Numbered from the stretch's first letter, positions 30,581 through 38,898 are shown. The stretch: DNA of 64,000 nt from a virus (IMGVR_UViG_3300047319_000185:32001-96000), one strand, 5' to 3'. The notes: generated by a model not told the origin, from the letters alone. A program made the numbers and translations.

Positions 30581-30930
30581 AGGTCCAATACTTCCACGAG
30601 TAGTTGTTGTTGCTCTGCCGAGAACTGCTTCTTTATAAGGTTCCTGCGAATGTGTGTCTTCTCCGCCTCAGAGAACTCTTCATGGTCCATCTTACGGCCC
30701 TCCATGGCATCTATAAGAGCCTGTTCCTCTGTGCGCCCAGTATTCCTCCACCAGCCTACTGTAAGGCCCTTAGAAGACCCCGGGAGCCGAAGGATGACAG
30801 AGTTGGACCATCTGTAGGGTTCGTCTACTTCATGCGTCGGATATCTGTGTATCAGCGAAGACTTCTTCTTCAAAGAAATGCTATGAAAGAACAGTCTCCA
30901 TATTTCGTGTGTTTCTACATTAATTGACAC
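30577..30930 (-). CDS. Hypothetical protein
   Basis: Operon continuity. Confidence 0.6.
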   Translation of the reverse strand: MSINVETHEIWRLFFHSISLKKKSSLIHRYPTHEVDEPYRWSNSVILRLPGSSKGLTVGWWRNTGRTEEQALIDAMEGRKMDHEEFSEAEKTHIRRNLIKKQFSAEQQQLLVEVLDL

Positions 30931-30932
30931 TT

Positions 30933-31415
30933 CTACGTAATACCTCTTGAGTAGGGGAATGAGTTAAGTCTTGAGTTTATAAATCTACCAGGTGACTGGG
31001 CACGCTGGAACTGCCACCATACAGAAGGTGGAACATTGTAATAAGTGTAGTATTCTCCATTACGGAATTTGATACGCAGAGCCTGACTTCTCTCATCATA
31101 TCCAGCAGCCAGAGTTCTTGGTCTACCCGGATCAATAGTAGGCGTAGGCTGATACGGCAGCAGAGCTTCATCGTCACCATTGATAGCCATGATAATCTCA
31201 CTGGCTAATGTCTGGTCCACCAGTTTACCTGCTTGTGAGCGAACCTGGTTTATATCCAGAACAGAGCGCGGAGAATTAACTCCTGGTACAGGGCCGATAC
31301 TACCACGTGGATTATATCTGTTCTGTCCCAGGAACTCTTCATCCCATGCGTTTCTACGGGTACTGGTTGTTCTTATTATTGGCTGTATTCTAGCAGCCGC
31401 TTTACGTCTCACCAT
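30933..31415 (-). CDS. KTSC domain protein
   Basis: AGYD.....L.I.F.NG..Y.Y..VP...W..F..A.S.G.F.N. Confidence 0.88.
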   Translation of the reverse strand: MVRRKAAARIQPIIRTTSTRRNAWDEEFLGQNRYNPRGSIGPVPGVNSPRSVLDINQVRSQAGKLVDQTLASEIIMAINGDDEALLPYQPTPTIDPGRPRTLAAGYDERSQALRIKFRNGEYYTYYNVPPSVWWQFQRAQSPGRFINSRLNSFPYSRGIT

Positions 31416-31434
31416 TATTTCTCCTAAACACAGA

Positions 31435-31471
31435 AAGACCCTTCAAGTATAAGGATACCTGAAGGGTCTTT
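31435..31471. terminator. Intrinsic terminator hairpin
   Basis: aaagacccttca...tgaagggtcttt. Confidence 0.65.
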
Positions 31472-31480
31472 ATTATGGAA

Positions 31481-31777
31481 TTATTCGCTATCCGGATCCG
31501 CATAGTAACTACGGAATGACTCATGTGTCATATTGGAAGCAAGTACCTGTGCAGGAGTAAGACCTGATCTGGTGCCTCTGAACTGTGGAGGTTCATTATC
31601 GGATTCCTCTACCCACAGACCGTGCTGACTACGATACTGCTCAGGATCAATTCCAGCAAGACGCTGGATATTGGGATCAGGAAGCTGGTCCTCAGTAAAG
31701 GTATTACCTGGAACACCTTCTGATTCAGTCCATCCGTGCTGTGACTGTGCTGTCCAGCCATGGTTATGATCTGTCAT
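31481..31777 (-). CDS. Hypothetical protein
   Basis: RBS GAGG; operon continuity. Confidence 0.55.
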   Translation of the reverse strand: MTDHNHGWTAQSQHGWTESEGVPGNTFTEDQLPDPNIQRLAGIDPEQYRSQHGLWVEESDNEPPQFRGTRSGLTPAQVLASNMTHESFRSYYADPDSE

Positions 31778-31779
31778 TG

Positions 31780-31998
31780 TTATCCTCTTTGTTGAACTGT
31801 CCAGCCAGGATCGAAATCCTCTGGTCGGTCATGGGGACAGTCAGGACCCGCATAGACATGCTTCCCATCGACATAGACACAACGGTCTACCTCCATAGGA
31901 AGATGCCAGGGAGCAGTCTGTCCTCCGTGGGCTGTCCAGCTTTCTTCCTGCCAGACCGCACCTTCATCATACACTGGGTGATTAAACTCTATGCTCAT
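31780..31998 (-). CDS. Hypothetical acidic protein
   Basis: Operon continuity. Confidence 0.5.
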   Translation of the reverse strand: MSIEFNHPVYDEGAVWQEESWTAHGGQTAPWHLPMEVDRCVYVDGKHVYAGPDCPHDRPEDFDPGWTVQQRG

Positions 31999-32434
31999 GG
32001 ATAAAACTCAAATCTGGTGGGGAGTAGGTGTCCGGTTTAAGTACTTTACCTATTTCATTGTAATGCACAGTTCCGTCAGACCATACCTTGCCCATGTTTG
32101 ACTTATGCACTTCTTCAAATACCTCTTGTAGTGGAATACCAAGTTCCTCAGCAGTTCCATAGACTACATACAGTAGATCAGCAAGTTCCTTAGCCAGGTG
32201 CTCTTTACTATCTGAGAGTGTCTTGTCAAATGCTGGAGCCATATCCCAGTACAGCTTACGAAGCAGATACTTACTGTAAATCTCTAGAGCCTCTATGGTC
32301 TCCTTGTATTCTTCGCGAATTAGCTTCACACGCTTCTCACCTAAGGAAACAGAAAAAGATCGGTCTCGTCTAGCCTCTCCGTCCTTGTCGAACTTGTCGT
32401 GGAACTCCTTCAGAGACTTCATAGGGTTATACAT
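31982..32434 (-). CDS. MazG-like nucleotide pyrophosphohydrolase (PRA-PH/dUTPase-type)
   Basis: LIREE..E, KELADLLYV.YG, VH.SNM.K, GKVLKP. Confidence 0.9.
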   Translation of the reverse strand: MYNPMKSLKEFHDKFDKDGEARRDRSFSVSLGEKRVKLIREEYKETIEALEIYSKYLLRKLYWDMAPAFDKTLSDSKEHLAKELADLLYVVYGTAEELGIPLQEVFEEVHKSNMGKVWSDGTVHYNEIGKVLKPDTYSPPDLSFIHEHRV

Positions 32435-33564
32435 CAGTACTGAACTCCGTCTACGCTGAAACAACCATCCTGAACAGTGACAAGACGAGGATACACACGC
32501 TGTCCGTAAACCTCCAGGATTCCGAATGCCTGCTGCCAGTTAGCTGCAACACCCTTCTTCTTAAGATAGTCAGCCTTAGTAAGATCCATGAAGTGACCAA
32601 CCTCAAGACCAGTAAGAGTATTGCGAATCTGGCCATTGTATCCAGTGGACTCAGAAGTCATACCAGCACGGTGCGTGTGACCACAGACAGTGGAGACTCC
32701 AAACTTGTTCTTGGCCAGACCGAATGCTGTCTTACCAGCAGAAGGACTGAGAGAACCTTCATCACCATGAGCCATAACCCAACCTGGTGCAAGCTCTACA
32801 ACCTCATCACGGATAAACTCTACGTCGTACTTATTGAAATGCATAAGAGTTTCAAGACTGAGTTCATCATCCATAAAGGATGCCAGACCTGGTGCACAGT
32901 TCTCAATGTACAGTTCCAAGCGGTCATCATGGTTGGAACGCACAATACGGAACCGACCATCGAAAACCTCACGAATGTCTGCAAGAATTCCTCTGGCAGT
33001 CTTAAATCCTCCACTGAGATCACCAGCAAACTCTGGCTTCTTTCCGCGAACCCAGCGACTGATCTCAGTAGAATCAGTGAAGTCACCGACCTGTGCAATC
33101 TCAGTAGGATGAAAGTCCTTGATGAACTGAATGAACTTGTCCACCAGAGCTACATCATGGAGAGGAGCCTGAACATCCGGCATGACCACAATGGTCTTAG
33201 GCTTTTCCTTGTAAGGAAGGAAAGTAACAGTGGAACCTGCTGGCTTGGTGTCAGGAGTAGCAAAGGTAGGGAACGGCTTTACCTTAGGCTCAAATGGATT
33301 AGAAAGGTCAATATAGTTCCGTACGGGAGGCTCTAGATATCCTACTGAATTCAGGGGAACTTCCATACCTTCTGGATACGTCTTAGCTGCCTGCATGTAC
33401 TCACGGTAACTACGAACCAAACTATCAGACACTATGTATTCCGTCTGTGCGAATATCTGCTTTACTGCATTCCTGCGGCCCAGTAGGGTATCCTCTAGAA
33501 TTTCCCTGACTGTGTCATCCTCATCCGCAAGATCCCGAAGCACTGCCAAACTCTTGATCTGCAT
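32434..33564 (-). CDS. Calcineurin-like metallophosphoesterase
   Basis: PD.Q.P.HD, GD..D, SNHD, HGD, GHTH. Confidence 0.92.
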   Translation of the reverse strand: MQIKSLAVLRDLADEDDTVREILEDTLLGRRNAVKQIFAQTEYIVSDSLVRSYREYMQAAKTYPEGMEVPLNSVGYLEPPVRNYIDLSNPFEPKVKPFPTFATPDTKPAGSTVTFLPYKEKPKTIVVMPDVQAPLHDVALVDKFIQFIKDFHPTEIAQVGDFTDSTEISRWVRGKKPEFAGDLSGGFKTARGILADIREVFDGRFRIVRSNHDDRLELYIENCAPGLASFMDDELSLETLMHFNKYDVEFIRDEVVELAPGWVMAHGDEGSLSPSAGKTAFGLAKNKFGVSTVCGHTHRAGMTSESTGYNGQIRNTLTGLEVGHFMDLTKADYLKKKGVAANWQQAFGILEVYGQRVYPRLVTVQDGCFSVDGVQY

Positions 33565-33638
33565 ACTGCCTCCTTATAGAAAAAGATCCATGTGGTATGG
33601 ACGTTGAGGTACATCCTACACCACATGGATCAATACGT

Positions 33639-34040
33639 CTACTTCTTTGGTACCAGCAACTCCACCAAAGCTATTCCCAGAGGGATCATAACCATAGAGA
33701 CCAGCCATCTGAACTGTGATTTCTTGGCGTCAATGTATTCCTTGATAGATCTGTTACGTTCGTCTGTCTCTCTTGTAAGAGCAGTCTGTACTTCGTGTTT
33801 TAGTGTGGCAAAGGACTCACGCAGTTCTCTGTGAATAGTTTGCAGATCTGTTTCGTTGTCGTCAATCTTTTCAGACAAATTGGCGAACTTCAGATCATCA
33901 ACTCTTCTATCAGCGTGATATTCGGTTAAGGTCAGTAGCTTGTCCAGGCGGTTGGAGAAGTCGTTGAATCGAGTTTGCACGCCATCAAGCTCTCTCGTAA
34001 CCGCCCCGGACCAAGCTTGTGGTTCTGGCTGTGTAGTCAT
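33639..34040 (-). CDS. Coiled-coil protein with C-terminal TM helix (possible lysis accessory)
   Basis: Heptad pattern, hydrophobic C-terminus ending PKK; flanked by hairpins. Confidence 0.55.
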   Translation of the reverse strand: MTTQPEPQAWSGAVTRELDGVQTRFNDFSNRLDKLLTLTEYHADRRVDDLKFANLSEKIDDNETDLQTIHRELRESFATLKHEVQTALTRETDERNRSIKEYIDAKKSQFRWLVSMVMIPLGIALVELLVPKK

Positions 34041-34197
34041 AGTCAACTCACTTGGGGCTCGTATGGATATGTAAAGATGTTCCAGCCACATTATCCGTTA
34101 ATTCTACGAGTATTGCCCCAAAGTGTACAACAAGTGGTCTAGTATCATCTCAGTTAAGGATAACACTAGACCACTCCTGTTTGTAGACTACCTACAG

Positions 34198-35205
34198 TTA
34201 CTCTGCTTCTGGGCGTACTAAATCCCATACCTTATTGGCAATATCCTTGTTATCCAATAATGCGAACAAAAGACCTGCATTAGCGCTGTCCTTCACATAA
34301 AGAGCAAACTCCTTACGCGTGGCAACCCCTTGAAAGTAAAGCTCTACCGCATGAAACTCTGCACTGATTGTAGTATAGGTATCCCAATAGGCATCAAAGA
34401 TTACCTGGTAAGTAGAGCGTAACCACTCATGCCATTCATCAGGAACGATACTGCATAGTTCCTCTAAGGTCTTGCCTTCCTTCATATTCTCCCAGATCCG
34501 ACGCTTTGTCAAACCTGTCACGATCTTGTGTAAAAGTACATAGTCCTCTTGCTTCAGCTTGATCCTGTAGTCCAGATCGGGGAAGTAGATTACGTAGCCT
34601 TCTGCATTAGGCCTAGGAACGGCTTCTATGGCCTCTCTGAGCGTCTTGTAGGGGAAGGTAGTAGTCTTGGGACCATACCACTCTTCTACGTCCTTAGCGG
34701 GGCGTACAGAGCCTGTTATGGCGTTACGTGCAGCCAAGAGGACCAAGTCTTCCTGATCCCCATAATTCAGAACGATACGGTTACCTGGATAGATGATCTC
34801 TACCAGATAGGTCTCCTCATGCCACAGATCAAGCTTGTAACCCTTGTGTGCAGTATTCAAAAACTTGGTTGCCCATATTGCCTGATCTGAAACAAAGGAA
34901 CCACGAGTAGCTACATACCAATTATTATGGTACTCAAAGATGATACCTAATGAACCGTCCATCTTGTCGGTTACTTCAACTCGGTAGCTATCCAGTAGAC
35001 AGTGGTCATCAGTCTCTTGTCCGTAATTCAGGAACTTGTCAAAAGGTCGGGCAATAACATTCAACTTATCATCAATAATGAGACCACGACACTGTCTGGT
35101 TACTTTATTCCACTCGTTGTCAAACTGAGCCTTCTCTGTATAGTTCACGATACTAAGAGGTAAAGTGGGGTGCTTATTAACCCTAATATACTTGTCAATT
35201 AGCAT
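34198..35205 (-). CDS. RNA ligase, T4 Rnl1 family
   Basis: CRGLI...ARPF.KF.N, KMDGSLG, ATRGSF.S.Q, EII...NRIV, EGYV, K.K..DY. Confidence 0.95.
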   Translation of the reverse strand: MLIDKYIRVNKHPTLPLSIVNYTEKAQFDNEWNKVTRQCRGLIIDDKLNVIARPFDKFLNYGQETDDHCLLDSYRVEVTDKMDGSLGIIFEYHNNWYVATRGSFVSDQAIWATKFLNTAHKGYKLDLWHEETYLVEIIYPGNRIVLNYGDQEDLVLLAARNAITGSVRPAKDVEEWYGPKTTTFPYKTLREAIEAVPRPNAEGYVIYFPDLDYRIKLKQEDYVLLHKIVTGLTKRRIWENMKEGKTLEELCSIVPDEWHEWLRSTYQVIFDAYWDTYTTISAEFHAVELYFQGVATRKEFALYVKDSANAGLLFALLDNKDIANKVWDLVRPEAE

Positions 35206-35425
35206 CTTCCGATAGAGACTCATCGGCATCAATCCTGAAAGCTTCGTCATACTCCTTCTCCAGGTCTATTACAGCCTCACAATTGCATCCACACTGTCCA
35301 TCAGGAAGTGGTGGAGTATATTCAGGATGACCTTCCCACTCATCATCACTATCCCACCATACGTGAGGCTCAAGATTGTGATGACCAAATTTGCAGCCCC
35401 AACAAGTTGAGTAGCAGATTATCAT
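35195..35425 (-). CDS. Small Cys/His-rich acidic protein
   Basis: CxxC..GHH...CxCxC; GAGG RBS. Confidence 0.55.
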   Translation of the reverse strand: MIICYSTCWGCKFGHHNLEPHVWWDSDDEWEGHPEYTPPLPDGQCGCNCEAVIDLEKEYDEAFRIDADESLSEDAN

Positions 35426-35548
35426 TCCTCCTCCTTCATTGCGTTGATCAACTTTTTAGCCTGCTTAAAGTCGTGTCGAGTGAGCAGACGGTTCAGCAGG
35501 TTCAATAGCTCCTCACGTGGAGGAAGCTTCGTTGTCTTCATGTGGTAC

Positions 35549-35577
35549 ATCCTAGGGTATAAAAAATGCTCTGTCAA
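35549..35577 (-). promoter_or_regulatory. HrdB-type promoter (leaderless ATG 35541), overlapping a terminator hairpin
   Basis: TTGACA-N17-TAGGAT-N7-ATG. Confidence 0.7.
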
Positions 35578-35606
35578 GCCGAAGCTAAACAGAGCATTTA
35601 GTGGAG

Positions 35607-35690
35607 TGGATGCCGAGGGACTTGAACCCCCAGAGTCCGAAGACGATCGGGTTACAGCCGATGGCGCTGCCAATTACGCTTTAGACATCC
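35607..35690 (-). tRNA. tRNA-Tyr(GTA)
   Basis: Cloverleaf; loop CTGTAAC; long variable arm. Confidence 0.9.
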
Positions 35691-35794
35691 ATTGGTACCC
35701 GAGCCAGTCCCTGTCCTTCCTCATTATATAGAGGCGACTAGGGCATCGAATACATTCTCTACGAGGTGGATTTTTATTTACGTAGGACCTTTTG

Positions 35795-35868
35795 TCCAGC
35801 CGACGGGATTCGAACCCGCGTCACTCGGGTCACAGCCAAGTATGATAACCAACTACACTACGGCGGGG
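35795..35868 (-). tRNA. tRNA-His(GTG)
   Basis: CTTGG-CTGTGAC-CCGAG; T arm GGTTCGAATCC. Confidence 0.85.
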
Positions 35869-35881
35869 ATTATTTACAACG

Positions 35882-35953
35882 TACGAGTACCAAGAGTTGA
35901 ACTTGGGACTAGATTTTATCAGAATCTCGTGATAACCGTTTCACCACACTCGC
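35882..35953 (-). tRNA. tRNA-Ile(GAT)
   Basis: AGATT-CTGATAA-AATCT. Confidence 0.88.
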
Positions 35954-35954
35954 A

Positions 35955-36263
35955 TTATTCAAGACCAGATATGATTTCCTTTATGAATGCCTTAGGCTTA
36001 GCACCTACGACATACTTAATGATACTGCCCTTGTGGAACAAAAGCATAGTGGGTATAGATGAGATATCGTATCTCTTTGTCAGTTCTGGATTCTCATCCG
36101 CATTGACCTTTACTACATCTAGCCAGTCGTTCTCTTCTGCTATTGATTCTAGCACAGGAGCCATCATCTTGCAAGGGTTGCACCAGGTGGCCCAGAACTC
36201 TACAAAAACTGGCTTCTCAGATTCAAGTACCTCTGAGAATGTATCAGTAGTAATATCTCTCAC
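35955..36263 (-). CDS. trxA: Thioredoxin
   Basis: EFWATWCNPCK, IPT, VGA.PK. Confidence 0.93.
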   Translation of the reverse strand: MRDITTDTFSEVLESEKPVFVEFWATWCNPCKMMAPVLESIAEENDWLDVVKVNADENPELTKRYDISSIPTMLLFHKGSIIKYVVGAKPKAFIKEIISGLE

Positions 36264-36287
36264 TATTCCCTCTTTCTTTTATTCACG

Positions 36288-36362
36288 TATCCCAGGCAGG
36301 GCTCGAACCTGCATATCTCCTGTATATAAGACAGGGGCCGTCACCAATTTGGCTACTGGGAC
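36288..36362 (-). tRNA. tRNA-Ile(TAT)
   Basis: CCTGT-CTTATAT-ACAGG; canonical D and T arms. Confidence 0.88.
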
Positions 36363-36452
36363 ATTACATGCATTTAGTTGGCAGCCATTTCCCACTACAG
36401 GCGGTACTGTGTTGCTATCCCTTAGCCAACGGGGTTATGCATGAACCATACG

Positions 36453-36535
36453 TGGAAGATAAAGGAATCGAACCCTCAGGCTTTCACACCTGGCACGGTT
36501 TTCAAGGCCGTTTCGCACCCTGTGCGCTATCTTCC
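36453..36535 (-). tRNA. tRNA-Ser(TGA)
   Basis: Loop CTTGAAA; long variable arm; compact D arm. Confidence 0.82.
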
Positions 36536-36547
36536 GTTATTGGATAG

Positions 36548-36644
36548 CTGATAAAACACTAGGGGAATCGAACCCCAGACTCTATCCGTAGTCCCCAGGA
36601 CAACATTCCTGGCGCTGGTGCCTCCAGCTTTAGCTTAATATCAG
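36548..36644 (-). ncRNA. Non-canonical tRNA-like RNA (no 7-nt anticodon loop, extended acceptor stem)
   Basis: Four hairpins ending in GGGG-TTCGATT-CCCC, closed by CTGATA/TATCAG. Confidence 0.6.
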
Positions 36645-36647
36645 GAG

Positions 36648-36734
36648 CGGAAGATAGGAGATTCGAACTCCTGAGGGGATGGATACCCTGCTGCCTTTCC
36701 AAGACAGTGCACTAGACCGCTATGCGAATCTTCC
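36648..36734 (-). tRNA. tRNA-Ser(GGA)
   Basis: CTGTC-TTGGAAA-GGCAG; long variable arm. Confidence 0.9.
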
Positions 36735-36737
36735 AAG

Positions 36738-36817
36738 CGGAAGGCAGAGTACTCGAAACTCCAGCCGTTAAACTGAACGGATTAGCAATCCGTCTGCCCA
36801 CCTCGGGCTTACCTTCC
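36738..36817 (-). tRNA. tRNA-Ser(GCT)
   Basis: ACGGA-TTGCTAA-TCCGT; compact D arm. Confidence 0.82.
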
Positions 36818-36821
36818 AGAG

Positions 36822-36896
36822 AGCGTATAGGGAGAGTCGAACTCCTAAGTAGCAGTTTTGCAGACTGCCCCCGCGCCCTGCGAGTTAACTCTACGC
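36822..36896 (-). tRNA. tRNA-Cys(GCA), atypical (possible 8/4 fold)
   Basis: GCAGT-CTGCAAA-ACTGC; U73. Confidence 0.8.
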
Positions 36897-36899
36897 GCA

Positions 36900-37073
36900 T
36901 TAATCAATAATCACAACTTCACTGTAGCTAAGACGATATGTCTTAATCTTATCCCCATCCATCTTGGCAGTACACCAAGTTGACTCACTTCGGATAATTC
37001 TGCCTTCTTTACCGAATGCGTTACTACGAGGGTTCGTAACCTTGATCCTAGTACCTTCTTTGTTCTTACCCAC
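36900..37073 (-). CDS. 57-aa KOW/SH3-like miniprotein
   Basis: Below ORF-track cutoff. GGAGG RBS + GTG; MGKNKEGTRIKVTNPRSNAFGKEGRII...SYSEVVIID. Confidence 0.65.
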   Translation of the reverse strand: MGKNKEGTRIKVTNPRSNAFGKEGRIIRSESTWCTAKMDGDKIKTYRLSYSEVVIID

Positions 37074-37088
37074 AGTTTGCCTCCGTGT

Positions 37089-37232
37089 TTAAAGAAACTC
37101 TACTTCGGACTTCTTGTAGTAAAGCGTATCCTTGCCTATCTTAACAAGAACTTGGTCATCCAGCAAATGGACAACTACGCCTCTCTTGCCCGCATTCTTA
37201 CCCACAAGAATAAGGACATGTCTGTCAGCCAC
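37089..37232 (-). CDS. 47-aa KOW-motif miniprotein
   Basis: AAGGAG RBS + GTG; MADRHVLILVGKNAGKRGVVV...YKKSEVEFL. Confidence 0.7.
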   Translation of the reverse strand: MADRHVLILVGKNAGKRGVVVHLLDDQVLVKIGKDTLYYKKSEVEFL

Positions 37233-37254
37233 TATATTTCTCCTTGTTTGAAAG

Positions 37255-37333
37255 TGGAGATAGGGGGAGTCGAACCCCCGCTCCTAGCTATTCCGCGTGC
37301 GGTTTCAAAGCTAGTCGAATCCAGATAATCCCC
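37255..37333 (-). ncRNA. Minimal tmRNA: tRNA-like domain only, no mRNA-like domain
   Basis: GGGGATTATCTGGATTCGAC-TAGCT...AGCTAG-GAGC-GGGGGTTCGACTCCCCC-TATCTCCA; G3.U70, A73, no D stem. Confidence 0.8.
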
Positions 37334-37414
37334 ATAAATGCACAGGCACCAAGCCTCTGTGCTCCCAGGTCCACGAATAACATAACCATCTCCTAAGAGA
37401 CCCTGGCCCTTACG

Positions 37415-37485
37415 TACCCAATGACGGAGCTGCCCCGCCTACTGCTCTTTGTAAGAGAGCTATGATCCTGTTTCACCAATCGGGC
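37415..37485 (-). tRNA. tRNA-Val(TAC), atypical T loop
   Basis: GCTCT-CTTACAA-AGAGC; T loop GGCAGCT. Confidence 0.78.
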
Positions 37486-37518
37486 AAACACCCTTTCGGG
37501 CGATATTACTACTATATC

Positions 37519-37725
37519 TTAAAACAACTTAGTTGGAGTAAACATATCAGCAGGAAGAGTTTCAGACTTCACATGGTTTCCTGCCCAGGTAATATCTACT
37601 ACTAGGTTACCATGGTCGTCTATATACTCGTCACTATTTGCATGAGCCTTACTATTACGTGGACCCCACAGAGAATCTCCTGCTTGAATCTCGTTGCGTT
37701 TCTTTCCGAACAAGAATCCCATCAT
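37519..37725 (-). CDS. Hypothetical protein
   Basis: GGAGG RBS. Confidence 0.55.
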   Translation of the reverse strand: MMGFLFGKKRNEIQAGDSLWGPRNSKAHANSDEYIDDHGNLVVDITWAGNHVKSETLPADMFTPTKLF

Positions 37726-37740
37726 TGCCTCCTTTTGGCG

Positions 37741-37813
37741 TGCGCCTGGAGGGACTCGAACCCCCAACCTAACGGGTAGAAACCGTTTGCTCTATCCTTT
37801 GAGCTACAGGCGC
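37741..37813 (-). tRNA. tRNA-Arg(TCT)
   Basis: AACGG-TTTCTAC-CCGTT; canonical. Confidence 0.93.
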
Positions 37814-37836
37814 AGTGCCCTTTCGGGCGGTACTAC

Positions 37837-38307
37837 CTAATCCCACCAACCGTACCAAACATACTTGGAGTCAGTGTAGATGTCAATCTCATCCCAGTCC
37901 AAATCGCTGATCAGAGCTGTGTGAAGCTGTTGCTTAACCTTACCGCGAACTGCACTGTTGGTCAAGCGCTTGTAACTCTTGTGACTGTTCCAGTTTTCTG
38001 GGTAGTACTGAAGGTATGTGTAGCAGTTCTTGTCAGCAAGCTTACCCTCATTAGTATCCGGGCGAGGATAACGAAGACGCCAACTGGAAGGAGTTGTTTC
38101 AGGTACTTCAAGAGTACACTCTACAGTCTCACTCCAACGACGGTACAAGGGTCTGATACGGGTAGTTCCCTTAGCCCAGTAGGGTTCGTACTCCTCTTCC
38201 CCGATCTGTTCCTTGAGAACTACGTTGTGGTTGTGTGTGACCCTTACAGGCCCTCTGGGATCATTGTTCTGAACCCATGTAGGACGAGTATTATAAGTGC
38301 GAGACAT
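37837..38307 (-). CDS. Hypothetical basic protein
   Basis: GGAGG RBS. Confidence 0.6.
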   Translation of the reverse strand: MSRTYNTRPTWVQNNDPRGPVRVTHNHNVVLKEQIGEEEYEPYWAKGTTRIRPLYRRWSETVECTLEVPETTPSSWRLRYPRPDTNEGKLADKNCYTYLQYYPENWNSHKSYKRLTNSAVRGKVKQQLHTALISDLDWDEIDIYTDSKYVWYGWWD

Positions 38308-38415
38308 ACCAACCTCCGATAGTGCTAGAAGTTAAGCCAGTATATCGTTACTGACGGAACGTCGATGTCCACCATTTTGTGGGGAGAAATAGTCATCGAA
38401 TTTATGCAACTCCCG

Positions 38416-38487
38416 TACGGCTAGAGGGATTCGAACCCCCGACAACGGCTTCGTAGGCCGGTATGTTATCCTCTACACCATAGCCGT
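38416..38487 (-). tRNA. tRNA-Arg(ACG)
   Basis: Loop CTACGAA; canonical. Confidence 0.9.
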
Positions 38488-38898
38488 AGGACCAGTCCAC
38501 CAGCCAAACTGCTCAAAGGTTTTTATCCTATGGCATTTTACGCACAGTACCTGGCATTTATCTATCTCAGCTTGAACAACCGTAATCTTAGAGGTGTGTT
38601 TAGCTGCATCACTAATGTTAAACAATTTGGTAGAAGGATCAAGATGATCAAACTCTAGCACACGTGGGTCAATTTCTCCACATTGTACACAAGGATTATT
38701 AAGTAGGTATCTCCAGATGTATTCTCGCATGATCTGTAGATATTTTAGATCATTCTTCCTAGCCTTGTCAATGTAGTATTGCTTATTAGACGTATAGTGC
38801 TCCCTGTTGTATTGATTGTGGCAGGGCTTACACATTGAACTTCTAGAAGCAAACTCACTTAAGGACTTTTCTATGTTGCACTTTCTGCATGTCTTCAT
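38473..38898 (-). CDS. HNH endonuclease
   Basis: CxxC...LEFDH...C.VLC..CH..KT; overlaps tRNA-Arg 5' end. Confidence 0.88.
   Translation of the reverse strand: MKTCRKCNIEKSLSEFASRSSMCKPCHNQYNREHYTSNKQYYIDKARKNDLKYLQIMREYIWRYLLNNPCVQCGEIDPRVLEFDHLDPSTKLFNISDAAKHTSKITVVQAEIDKCQVLCVKCHRIKTFEQFGWWTGPTAMV

Noticed and set aside
32593-33336. 247-aa plus-strand ORF
   Set aside because: Antisense to the metallophosphoesterase.
35692-36444. 250-aa plus-strand ORF
   Set aside because: Antisense to three tRNAs and thioredoxin; the protein sequence looks random.
37288-37310. Tag reading frame inside the mini-tmRNA loop (GCA CGC GGA... or GCG GAA TAG)
   Set aside because: 19 nt is too short to reach the mRNA channel and there is no pseudoknot; a permuted two-piece layout is excluded by the 5'-then-3' order.
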